Shown: positions 1 through 12,123 of the stretch, in pieces
How the letters are laid out: each line of letters starts with the position of its first letter
Position numbering within the stretch: position 1 is the stretch's first letter
Source of the DNA: Blasia pusilla
Taxonomy: Eukaryota
Direction of reading: 5' to 3'
Assembly (NCBI GenBank): GCA_050084515.1
Contig: CM114271.1
Span: 22,320,001 to 22,384,000 of the forward strand
DNA: 64,000 nucleotides
Position numbers and translations under genes: made by a program
The notes under the pieces: model-generated
Seen by the model: only the letters and a program-made list of their open reading frames with translations
Told to the model about the DNA's origin: nothing
The model's database searches: none

Positions 1-1213
1 GTCTAGGCTCGTCAGAAAGAGAAGCTAATAAGTCTAAGTGTTGCAAGCGACAACCTAAGACTTAAGCCAAAAAGAGGAATTGCGGGTTAGCTACCAGAAC
101 GCGATTCTGTGTTAAGGGGTCGGCTTCCCAGAACTTAACATCAATAAGGTTTGCGTTGATGAGGACATCAACCTTCTAAGGAGGGGTGAGTGTCGCGACC
201 CTCATAACCAAACAACACCAAACGCGCGCCAAGCGAAACATCGTAACTCAAAGGAACTCACGCCGCGAGGTTTGCGCTTTGAGAGGCGTTTGGAAGAGTC
301 TCTTGAAAAGTCTAAGAGACTAAACGCGAACAGAGTTGTGCGTTTCATGCGTTAGTGGTCGCGACCAGGAAACCTAGACCAAACGCGAGCCGAGACTTGA
401 GATGAGTTGAGTCTTGGAGGTTGGTTGCCAAAGAGGTGAGAACGATTTGGAACACGGCTAGCGTTTGGGAGAATCTGACTGTGTTTAGGACCATAACGTT
501 GAGCTCCAAGATGCGTTCGGGACAAGTAAGGGCGCGTTGAAAAGCTGATCTCGAGATGCTTCCAACGCACAAAAGATCTCAGCAAACGCATAAGTACAGG
601 CTGAGATATTGGCCAAAAACGATTCAGAGAGCAATCGGGTTGAGGGCCAATTGGAGGGGCCCGGGTGTCTTTCCTAAATGTAGGGGGCCCCGGAGATCCC
701 AGAAGTACTAGTAAGGGGAGTACCTTCTCTGAGATGTCTCGGGAAACGAAACCCCACTTTGGGCGCCAAACGGCGTTTGAGGCACGGGATGAAACGGGAG
801 TTTGGCGCGAAACCCAAACCCAAACTCCGATCCAAGGGAGTGGACTTTGTACGCCACACTTGGATTCCAACCCGAGATTCACTTCGTGCAAGTCTTGGTG
901 AGGAACTCATTGGATGTTCATCGGACAGTTGGAACCGCTAGGCGCGAAACGCCGTTTCAGGTTCTTGAACCGACCAGAAAGTTTGTCCCAAGTCTTTCGA
1001 GACTTGCCCGTGTTGGAAACCGCGAAACTAGGAAGGTTGAGCTTGAAGAGAGAGTTCGAGACGAGAACTCGGAAAGTCATCCCGCTGATTGATCCAAGAC
1101 CCGACTAACCGAAGTGCGTGTTTGGATGCAGATCAACGTTGAGAGCGTGACCTACTGAACGCACGCTTCCGCAACAAACAAGATTAACGTTCAAGGAGAG
1201 TAGGCGCACGACA
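1..1213 (-). mobile_element. 5' end of an LTR retrotransposon (probable Ty3/Gypsy): ~440-bp LTR at ~771-1213, tRNA-Lys PBS at 752-768, internal region running off the window
   Basis: Minus strand reads TGGCGCCCAAAGTGGGG at 768-752, close to the complement of the tRNA-Lys 3' end (TGGCGCCCACCGTGGGG). The putative LTR starts TGTCGTGCG at 1213, exactly where Helitron helicase homology begins. The LTR 3' end reads CG rather than CA. Confidence 0.55.
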
Positions 1214-1802
1214 ATGCAGGAACATACTTACCTTAGTGTTGATTCCGTTCCGGATGAGGGAATGAGTCCGAAAAAATTCATAAATATATGCTTACCGTTA
1301 GGTTTACCACCATATCGTTTAAGCTTCAAAATTGTTGCACCTGTCATGCTTTTACGAAACTTGAATAGTTTAAAGGGACAAGCCAATGGAACTCGATTTA
1401 TGATCCGTGGATTCATGCAACATGTCATTGATATTGAAATTATCATAGGCAAGAACACTCGGGATCGAATCTTTATTCGACGAATCCCATTGATTGCATC
1501 AGACTCGGGTTTACCTTTTGATTTACGTAGATTTAGATTTTTTATTTTTCCTGCTTTTGCCATGACTAGGAATAAATCTCAAAGTCAAACTTTGAAAAAG
1601 ATATGAATTTACCAATTACATGAGTATTTTCTCATGGTCAATTATATGTAACATTGTCAAAAGCAGGACAAAGAAATACAATTAAATTAAAGAAAGTGAT
1701 GCAAGAGACTTCGTGTGTAATATGGTGTATAAGAAAATCAATAAGAAATTTATTTATTTATTGATATCTCCGTATCCGTGCATAGCAGAGGCAACTTACT
1801 AG
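1214..1802 (+). mobile_element. Helitron 3' fragment: decayed PIF1 helicase C-terminus plus terminal hairpin and CTAG
   Basis: Translation PVMLLRNLNSLKGQANGTR...[20 protein letters not shown]...AFAMTRNKSQSQTL is nearly identical to the helicase at 38055-38620. Degenerate hairpin CCGTGCATAGCAGAGG (~1776-1791) is followed by CTAG at 1799-1802 and then T. Confidence 0.85.
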
Positions 1803-1811
1803 TAGTATATA

Positions 1812-4485
1812 TTAGTAAGGTGCCCATGCTTTGCACGGGCAATACAAATTGTTTGAAGAGCTTTTGTTAGTGTATAGCGTCATCATGGAAGACATCATCG
1901 TGCAAACATAACACCTAGCGATCTTCTCTCCATGTTTGGAAATAACACGTCGTCTCTCCACATTTGGGAAGAACTGGTTAGCACTAGGCCAACTACATGA
2001 CGCACCGCAAAAATATTAATTCAAAATTTCATTAAAAAAGAAGAAGAAGAAAATACCAAAAAGTGAATTATGTAACTTAATGGGAAAAAGGGTTTTCCCA
2101 TTAAGTTTCCCATTAAGGGAAAAAAAGAAGTGACAGAAGGGAAAACGTAGAGGGGAATTGTTTTCCTAGAGGGGAAAAAAACATGAAATTAGAAGTAGAG
2201 GAGAAATTTTAGTATGGAGTAAAGAATTGAAAATATTCCGAAACAAAATTAAGAAGTTTAAAAAATGAGAATTGGTAAGTTAAATGGGAAGGAAAAGAAA
2301 TGAATTGGAAGAAAAAAAAGACAGGAAAAGAAAGAAAAAAAAGTGAAAAAAGAAAGAAAGGAAGAAAAAAAAGGAAAAAAAGGAAGAAAAAAAAGGAATG
2401 TTTCTATGTCTTTTGTAAGGCCAGGTTCAGTAGCCCGAACCTATCCCTACCCTAGTACTCCCCCTAACGGACGGCGCCGCCGATTATAATCAGGGCTAGA
2501 TCCAACGGCAAGATGTATCTGGCAGTTAGATCTACATTGAATGGCACAAACAACCTAGGCGTGGTCTCCGCCATTCCTAGGCATCTCCGTCCTACTTCCC
2601 TTCCCCCTCACACCTGCGCATTCTCTCAAGGCCTTCGGCCACGCTCGTGCGCGGCCCTCTGCTCTCGCTCTCCTCTCCGCTCAATCACGCTGATGCGTTG
2701 GGCTGTCCTTCCGCTCCTCTCTCTGCGCGACGCTCTCCCCTCCTTTTTGCGCGACGCTCTTCATCCTCTCGCTCGACGCTCACACTTGCTAAATGCTCCA
2801 ATCCGATGGAGCTCGCTTCTTGTACAAGCGCAAGAGTTGTACCCAGTCGAGCTTTCTCCGCTTGACGTTGTTACATGCACACATGAGTTTGAGGTTACTC
2901 CACTCAAGTGCTTAAGGAACCTCATCCTAGGAATGATTAGACGTATCCTCTATGCTCCTCCCTCGACCGTGCTCGAACTCTGACCTCTCCTCTGCACTTT
3001 CAAGATCGTGGGTTGTTTGAACTTGCTTTTAGCTCTTCATGTGCTCAACTCGTGCAACGTTTCGCCCATTCGCACCTTGTTTTTTTCTGCTCATTACCTC
3101 TCCCTGTTTGTATATCATGGAGACTACAACGTCTGCCTTGTTCCTTGTTCCTTGGTCTTTTCTTCGCGCTTCCTATACAACCGATTAGGACTTGAGCCCT
3201 AATTCACTGAATACTTCCTATGCGAGAAGTTTGATTCGGTTTCTAATCGGTCCCGTGCTTCATTTAACGACATTTCTAATCGGGAAATTGTTGTTGGTCG
3301 AGTTGTCAAAATTTTACTATCCCATCGCCTTGCGTTAAGTCGCGGATTGCATGCTTCTACCTCGTTGATCGTTGAGATGAAAGGGTGTAGGGTTCATGGC
3401 CATGTGTAAGAAGCTTGGGATGTGTTGGGGATTTAGGTCGAGGTTTCTGACATCTATAAAGCAGTGAACTCATTGTTGAGACCTTGGTGAAGGTTCTTCC
3501 CGAAATGCTTTTTCGATGAGTTCATCTAGGTTACACATTCCCTTTCCTTGGGTGGCTTCTTTGTTGTTATTGTCGTTGCCATATTGGTTGTTTTTGTTGC
3601 TTCGATCTATTCTACACCGGAGTGGGAGGAGCTGGCGAAGGAGTGGTGATGGGAGAAGCCAGAGGAGCCGAAAGAGCAATGGGAGCTGCCGAAGGAGCCG
3701 AATCGGGAGTTGGAGCCGCTAAAAGAGCTGACTTGGGAGTGGGAGCTGCTGATCATTGTGCTGAGTACCTGAAATGCAAGAACAAATCAATAGCAACATT
3801 AAGAGTAGACCTCAAAGGACCCATAGTAGAGCTCGAAGACACACACAGTGTTAGAGCTCAGAAGCTCAACTGTAGCTTAAGCTTGGTTGCTATCATTTTG
3901 TTGCATGTGTAAATGAAATATGTGTCAATAAAGCTTATAAGCTCAACATTAGCTATTGAATGTGTAAATGAAATCTACGTGAATAAAGCTCATACTCTCA
4001 TGAATAGTTAAAGCCTCAATTGCTTGTAACATTTTGTTGAATGAGTAAAGATCCGATGTTACATGAGTTTTCAAATGAGACCTAATGTTACTTGACCAGA
4101 GGCTGAAGTGCACACAATGACTTTGGAAGTTTCAAATTGGTTTGTAATACATAAATACTTTTACTCTATAAGGTCTGTAAACCGTGACGCCTCTTCGAAT
4201 AGCAAGAGGGCCATGAAATCGATGGATCTCCCTCATGGAGCGGATCTAACTATCTTCAAAAACAAAAAAATTGAATGATTAAAAAAAACCGTTTTCACGG
4301 CGGAAGTACCAAAACCCTAAGGGCCCTCGTCCAACGGCTACAAAAATCCCCTCCAACGGTTTAGAATTGTGGAATTCACATATCAAACCATCCGGAAAGA
4401 CTCCATTTTATTTGGACCAAAATGTCATGTGTCATATGCACGGGTGTTTGCGTTGTGAGAAGGCACTCTCCCATATTATTATAGA
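1812..4485 (-). mobile_element. Non-autonomous Helitron (~2.7 kb), same family as 37957-53819
   Basis: Minus-strand 5' end A^TCTATAATAATATGGGAGAGTGCCTTCTCACAACGCAAACACC matches the large element's TCTATACTATTATGGGAGAGTCCTTTCTCGCTGCGCAAACACC. The 3' end has hairpin GCCCGTGCAAAGCATGGGC plus ACCTTACTAA (CTAG with one transition). No RepHel coding sequence is visible. Confidence 0.8.
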
Positions 4486-5029
4486 TGGCCTCCAATTTCC
4501 GTACGTATTCACATTCCCGTTAATCTTACGGAAGCAGTGGGAAATCGTGAATGGTTTAAAGCCATACGGCGCTGATTTGAGTAGCCAGTATGCTCCCGTC
4601 GCTCGCTGCATACGGAATGCACGCTGGAAACGTGCCTCCAAAATCTCAACGCCGGCCGCTGCCGGTCGTGATGCGACTTACAGAGGAGGTCCTTGGGGAG
4701 GGCCGCGGTGGGTCCTTGTGCAAACCCTCAGCCCTGGGCGGTGCGCGCCGGTCGGGACCGGTTCATCATTCCCGAGCGTTTGTGATGCCCTCAGTCAGAG
4801 TGTATGTACTGTGAGCGGTGATGTGAAGGCGAGGGCGTCGATGGAGGGGAGGGGAGGGGCGCACAGGTTTCATGAATATTGCTGCGGGTTTAGGGTGCCG
4901 AGAAAAACATAGCGTTAGTGCGAGAATTAGGAAGCAGTGGAAGTAATTATCGTGTAGGCAGAGCAAAAGCAGCGAAGTCGAGCGGATTCGTGTTGCAGGG
5001 GAGCGAGTTCAAGTTGGATTGGATTTCAG

Positions 5030-8000
5030 ATGACGATGGATGTGGATTCCTTGGATCGTCCCCCTACGAAATTTTCTTTCAACGGTGCAGGATCTGTCCA
5101 TTTTCCACTTTCTTCTTGCAAGGGAGTTGCGTAATGACGAACTGTAGGGAGTTCGGGGAACTCGTATCTCGTGATGTTTTTGGAACTGTGGTGAGATTGA
5201 TCGCTACAAGAAGCTAGACTTTTGCAATTCTGTCTCTCTGTTGAAAGGCGACAGCTAGTTTCGGGGTATTTATTTCCGGAGCTTAGGATTGGGATCTTAC
5301 GGGTTGAAGTGCGGTATGCACAGTTTTGCAGCTAATAAAGACCGCCCAAACACAGCACGGGCTCCGGCATGGGGATTACAAACGCTACAGGTGCCGTTCT
5401 ACTAGACTCAGCGATCATCCAATAGTACTGCATTCTTTTGCAAGTGCGTTCTCATGCAGTTTTTAATGATGTTCGGATCGGTCGTGTATTTTTGTTTCAC
5501 GAATCTTACGGTCGCTTCCGAAGACTTTCAGCTGATCCAGAATATTTGTCGTGGTTTTGGTCCGAGGGTATTTAGTCCGTTAGAATGCTTGAGGTAGCTA
5601 GAAGAAACATTGTCGGCATAAGGCGAGATCGTCTAGTAACTGTGGGTAAACGTGGTTGAATCACGTAGTCGGAAATTGAAAAACATTTCGTAGAGACATT
5701 TGGACAATGTATATAATCAACTGATTCTGCCTACTGGAGCTTGATGCAGGCGGTACTGCACTGCTCGTCTACTGCGCCTTTACAAGTCCCTCAATTTTAA
5801 GCATGGCCGTGGCAAATATGTCAAGAAAGAGATTGTGGAAGCAACCGTCACCGATGTTCGGTAGTGTGCTATTCTTGTTTCCCCTTTGAATAACTTTGAA
5901 TGATTGTCCAAAATTGTGGAAGTAAGTGTAATCTTGCGACTCGTAGTCCCTATGGCGTACAGTGGAAAATTTTGTTTCATGCCTATGGGTAATGTCTCCC
6001 TTGGAAGTTCAACCCTCAAGCAAGTTGGTTTGACTTTAGGTGCATCCTCTGTACTGTTGCAGAAGTTCCATGGTGTTCATGACTTTTAACCCACCTTCTG
6101 AACCTCTCTCTCCCTTATAAGTATTCTCAAACTGTTGAAGAAAAGGCTTCTGGCATATTCTCAAGAGTTTCGTCGCAATATGTCTTTTTAGCCACATTTT
6201 TCAGGCTTATGTGTTCGTGATCGTTTCATAATCTTGTCCTTACAATCTGCAATATTGGCCACTAGCGGCATCAGCTGTCATGAAATAATGAATCTGAATC
6301 AAATTGTTGCAACAGGTACCTCCATGTCGTGCTGTACTTGGCAGAGAGGGCGTGGAGCTATGCAATGGATCTTAAACAAAGTACGGCTACAACCAATGCG
6401 CGTCAACAGTCTCACTTAATTCGGAGACTGGCGAAAGCAGCAAAGTGGGGAGATCTATTGAATCGGCTTTGTTCAGAAAAGGCTGATTCAAGGACTGGTT
6501 TGGAGGCACTTGTATGTGGAATAACTTTTAGCCCAGATCTTGTAGATTGTTGAGTTGCACATTTGTCTACTATTATAAGCTTCTTCAGGTGATTGGATAT
6601 AGTGTTAAAGCATAATATACCATCTTAGTCTTTGGGTTTGTGAAACAGGCTTATGCTGAGCATATGCGAGGCAACTTATTGTTAGAACGAGGGAGTGACT
6701 GGGACACAGCTCTTAAGAAGTTCAAGAGTGCCAGGTCTTACACTTACATTTCTTCTTGCTTCTGTTGTTTCTAGATCAGTGAAGGGTTGTAGTCGTAAGT
6801 GTGCCAGTTTGGAAGATGAAGTTTCATATCTATCCTAATATTTCACTTGCAACCTGTAGGAAGGTATATGATGAACTAGGGAAATTTGGGGATGTTGAGA
6901 ACCAAGTCATGTGTCGGCAACGGGTGGAAGAGTTGGATACCATTATTAGATACTGTATGTATGAGATGGGGAAGTCAGACTTGAAGGGATCAGACCTACT
7001 CGGGTTGAGCACTCAGGAAGGGCCTGCATTTGATCTGTTGCAGTCTAAATTGGAGGTACTTCTGAGTTTTGGAACCTGTGTTATCTTTGTTTCTGAATAT
7101 GTTGTTGCTATTCTTGTGATACTTTCATGAAATGGCTGACAGACTTAAGTGATAATGGCTGTTTGGTGTAATCTTAAGAACATTTCTTTACTAACTTCGT
7201 TATGATTGGAGCTTTCAATTGGATTCCTTCTTCATGGTTAAATTGTCAGACATTATTCTGGCCCAAAGAGGAGTCTGTACTTACGAGAAATACCGACATA
7301 TGCTGTTTGTGATTAACATAGTTTCAAGAATGGGCTCCTCTTGCTCTGTAGTATTTTGTTTGTTACCCATGTTTAGGGGCATATCATCTTGTTGCGGATC
7401 ATGTGGAGATACCCATCTGGATCTTTAGGCTTTTCGAGAAACTGCTTTGACTGATTCTAAAGGGAAGTCCTTGAAGTCTGATTACGCACGGCTGTTACTT
7501 GAAGGCTGTCATGGCAGAGGCAAGAACTCAACAAGCAGTATCGATGACAGAGCTGGAGTGGCTTGGTCGCAAGTGGCCCGTGAAGAATGCAAAGACTCGG
7601 GTCTGCATACTGAAAGGTCAGTGGTCGCAACGGTATGGAATACTTTAACTTTTTGACCAATAGACTTGGGTCAATGAGCAAGTCCTAGGTTCTCTTGATG
7701 ATAGTTCCTATTTAAAATATCTCAAGTGTAGCATAACCTGAGGTCCCAGTATTTTTTCCTGTGATTCAATGATGACCAGGTCAGGAGCTTGAGAAAGATC
7801 TGAAGGGTGCTGAGTCAAGTCCGCTTTCTGTGGAGAAGAAACTGTCTGTTTTTGATAAGACTTTTATTGCTTATCAGGATGCTAAGCGACATATACGTGA
7901 TGACTTGGTAAGATCCGCAGTTGCTCGTCCATGTAACTGCTTGCTGAAGTTTACTGCTGATTGCTGTCTGCTCCACAGGTCTGCTGGCATGAAAGACAAG

Positions 8001-10530
8001 TTTTGTTGATTTCCATAACTCTTCTTGGAACAATTGCCTTTGAAGAAGTGGTTAATCGAATACTAGAGATTCTGAAATCTGTAAGAGGAAACTGGGAAAA
8101 CAAAGGAAGAGTACTGACACACACAGATATAAAGGAGTAGCAAGCCTCTAATATGGAATGAACAGCATGTAAGAAGACCAGAGGACTAGACTGATCAACA
8201 TAGACACAACTAAGCAGGACATAGAACAACCTACATCTGCAAGGAACGTGGTTTGCAGCCTAGAGCTGAACAGTGTAGTTCATATAAATGCCGAGAGGCC
8301 TCTGAATTGTGCCCATCCTTGAACAGAGACTTGTTCGAACTGAACAGATTGCAATTCACGCCCACACAGTCTTGACTCTGACAAGCAACACCTGTTTCCC
8401 GACACATCTGACACACATGTACTGAGTCACCAATATAGCCTGTCTGTCCCATTTACCTTGTTGCTAGTTGTCAATGGAGGTAGGTCACTGCGAGCTGATT
8501 TCTTACATGGTAATCATTTTGGAGAGTGGACTGAAGGATCACCATCCTTTGCAGAGTCCTGTAGTTATCATGGTAATAGGGTTTTGCAGATAGTTGCAAA
8601 TTGTCATTAAATTTCTTATCTTAGTGCAGATTAGACCTTTTCGCGCATTCAGGTCAAGAATATAACCAATATGTTGCTCAGTTTTATAATAGATTTTGCA
8701 TGTTGGTTTGAGGCTAGGTCATGTTTTTCTTACAGTCTTTGTGCAGTACAGGCAGTGGCAGGGACTGCTGATGACGTACGGGAAGAGCTGAGTGGATTGG
8801 ACAGGGCAGTGAGCAGCATTTTGCTTCAGCGAACGGTAGAACGGAATCTGGTTCTTGTAAGCATGGCCAAAAATCGATTGAATCGTGCCCAGAAAGGAAT
8901 GCGAGAAGAGAAAGGCGAGAAGCCCGCAAAGCCAGAAGATCTTGTCCGCTTATATGATATCCTTATACAAGTGAGGATCTTCATCAGCATGCCTTTGCAG
9001 TGTCAAATAAAATCCAGATTTAGTGAGACCATGTTTAGTGGTTACTAATCTGTCTGGAATTGAGATGAAGCCATATTGGATGGTGCCACTAGAAATCTTG
9101 AATTAGGACGGGACGTGAGTAGAAGTAAGAAAGCGCTGGAAGGAAATCAAAGAGTATTTCCAATACAGTTGAACAGGTTTAAACAAAGTCAGGGAATATT
9201 TGACTGGAAGTGGACTATTATGAACGAACTAATACATGTGCTTCAAGTTGAGAAAGGTCCTCTAAGCTGTGCCATCACAATATATTCATCACATCCATTT
9301 GCAGGGAAAAGTAGATGAAGTAGTGGGAAATGTAGATGAAGTTTATCGTACGCCCCTCATAGATATAACAGGTGATCATTGATATATGGTGGGATTTATT
9401 TGTGTTCGTCATCTTCAACAGAATGTTACAGATCTCTCAGATCTAGTCACGTCTGGACGAGAAACAACTGCCAAAATCACTGCATTTGAAAAGGATCTGG
9501 CTGCCCAGCGGCTTGGATTCCAGGCTGGAAGGTTGGTCATTTTCAATTTTCCTAGGAGTTCGTGCAGGTTGATAGGTGTGGAAGTCTGGAATAAAAGCAT
9601 GTCTATTGTAGTTGAAGTTGTCCGACTAGTATACCTTCTGAGCTTGAATATTGGCTGAGCTGCAGATGTTACTTTCTTGCTCAATCATATAACGTTGCTG
9701 CGAAATATCCCGAAGCATACTCGCTCATGAATCGTGCCCAGGAGCATGCAGGAGCAGCAATCAATATCTTTTTGCAGTTAGATGTCTTAGATGAGGTATG
9801 CCTTGAATTGTAAGCAGTAGGAGCATTACATGTATCAGTGAGGAAATGACTTTCATGCCTGTTTGTTTTTTCAACGACTTGACATCAAGTAGCATTCCCG
9901 TTTGTATTATTTACATGGTGGTTGATTTTGCAGGTTACAGTTCAGGAGTTGAAGTTCCTAGTTGACGAGTGCAGGGCTCACAAATGTCTTATTCATGCCC
10001 GTGCAGTAATGGAGGAAAGCAAATCTCACAGTCAAGTCCAGAAAGGCATTGGGGCTCTGTCTTTGTCGAAGGCTTCCTTAAAAAAGGTAGTTGTATGTCT
10101 TTTCTGGTAAATCTTTTGTTGTTTGCACCATAATAAGAGTATACTATCTCCAAACTGGTTCGTTAGTTGTATAGAAGACTTTCATGTGTGTTTAGAAGAA
10201 GAATGTGCTCTGCAATCCTAACCAGGGGGGGGGGACCTTTCTCCAAACATCACGATCAAGTTTTGAAACCTTATACTTGGGCAACCTTCACAGGAAGATT
10301 CAATGTATCTGTTGGACAATGCGGATGAGTACAAATCAGTTTTGGGCCAGCTGGGATCAAAGGAGCCCCCTACAATTGCCCAAGTCATACCGTCTTTCCA
10401 AGCTGTTCCCTGCAGGCCCATTATTTTGGACACTGCTCTCAATGCCATTGAGTTTCCATCTTTAGAGGGGCGTTTGAAGAAGGAAGAGAAGGGAACAAGT
10501 TTATTCAACAAGTGGTTTGGGCGATCATGA
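5030..10530 (+). CDS. SRP68: Signal recognition particle subunit SRP68, about 13 coding exons (approx. 5030-5084, 5324-5390, 5750-5860, 6317-6511, 6649-6734, 6860-7056, 7505-7616, 7780-7907, 8745-8970, 9422-9531, 9665-9795, 9933-10087, 10294-10530)
   Basis: Spliced translation gives FSFNVLQLIKTAQTQHGLRHGDYKRYRRYCTARLLRLYKSLNFKHGRGKY, YLAERAWSYAM, YDELGKFGDVENQVMCRQRVEEL, KPEDLVRLYDILIQ and FQAVPCRPIILDTALNAIEFPSLEGR, all characteristic of plant SRP68. GT-AG junctions are in phase where checked. Stop TGA at 10528-10530. Confidence 0.95.
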
Positions 10531-12123
10531 GGCATATGAAGGTAACATGACCCATTGAGGAATGCTAGGAAACATCCATTCAGGCTGTGAGAAAGTTTTA
10601 AATTATACAAAGGTCGTTTGATGCCTCAAAACTCTCTGGTAGAACTAGAGGTAGTAAACACATGCTTCCGAGTGTTTTAATCTTGAATCTTACGAGAATT
10701 GGCTTTTTATGTGCAGGATGGATGTGCATACACCTTGCACTTGGATTTCCTTGTGGTCAAATTTCAAAGAGGGCAGAATTGCATGTTGCAATCCTGTACT
10801 TTGACAGAGTTTAATTGGAGGAGCATCCATTCCCATTCTCAGTTTTGTTTCAGGAACAACTTTAGGTTGAGAGTTGATATTGAAATGTGGTCATTTATTT
10901 CTGAAATTGCCCTCATAAGGGCAGCTTCTCACAATAATACAAAACAAGTCCCCTAAGGGAGAACATTGTTTCCTCATGGGATGTATTTGACAAAAAGAAT
11001 ACCAGAACTAGGGACTTTTCGAGAATATTCGGGAAATGCCGAGGGAGAGTGGGTATTAGGGTTAGGGTTTCTAGGTGAAGTAGGATAAGCGGCAATAGTT
11101 GATTGTTCCCTCTTATCTTTTTTTTGAAACAATGCACTACCTATCGAGCGCACTAATGGATGGTTGTTCCGTATAAATGATTACGTCGTTGCTTTCCGTT
11201 CTAAAATTTGTAATTACACCTTTAGTAGCTAAAGACATTTACTGAATCGACAGTAGCCTCGTCGAGAAAATGCATCGAAAAATGCACAATTCAATTCGTG
11301 ACAAAGATAAGAGAGATTTGGTACATTTTTCTCACAACTGTGCCAGGTGCGTTCTGTTAATTCTTACGGGATGTATTTACGGGAGACTGGCAGCTAGACG
11401 GGCCTACATCACAGGGTGACCGATGGAGAATAGGTCAACTTTGGGCGAAAAAGGCGGTCACAGCACTAATAGACTTCATCTTTAAGCACAAAGTAACTAG
11501 AGAACAGTTCTTACTCCAACCCAACTTCAAATTCTCAACTTTGATCTCATTTCAACTCGTAAGAACATGATGCATTTAGGAGAAAGTCTTGTAACCATGT
11601 GCTAACCCTGCACGAGGGCCCAGTCCTCACTTTGGATCTAGCAGGCAGGTTTTGTGATATGGGCATCATTTCACCGGCTCCGATTTTAGGTTCGGCTCCA
11701 AGAAAATCTGAGCCAATCCGCAGTTCGTTCGGAAGTCTTCAAAAGTCGCCTTATTTAATTCACCTGTAAAATCCAGTCGAGAGCATAAATCCCATCCCGT
11801 TAGAGCACTTTCCAGGAGCGCATAACCGGGTATACTTGCAGGGTCATGTTGATTGTGCAAGATGTTAGAACCATTACCCTGCTGCGCCTCTTTCTCACTG
11901 CTTTTCAAGAGGACAGTATGATCTACAGCACTAGCACCGCAGTCGCACAAACGTTCACGCCCACACGTTGTCACTGCGCACATATTACAACATCCTTTGA
12001 GAAACACTATGTACATTTTCTGAAAGCATCGTAGCGAGCATCGCCTTTCCTACTATTATCACGAAGACCTGAAGTACGTTACACTACGTCTAATCATCTA
12101 GCTACGACCCAAGTGGGAACAAT

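Noticed and set aside
752-768. tRNA gene
   Set aside because: Only the 17-nt 3'-end match including CCA is present, which fits a retrotransposon primer-binding site; no cloverleaf.
11666-12016. Possible extra coding exon of the BOD1/Shg1-like gene
   Set aside because: The plausible splice (about 12155 to 12068) hits a stop after a few codons, so this is more likely 3' UTR. Unresolved without RNA-seq.
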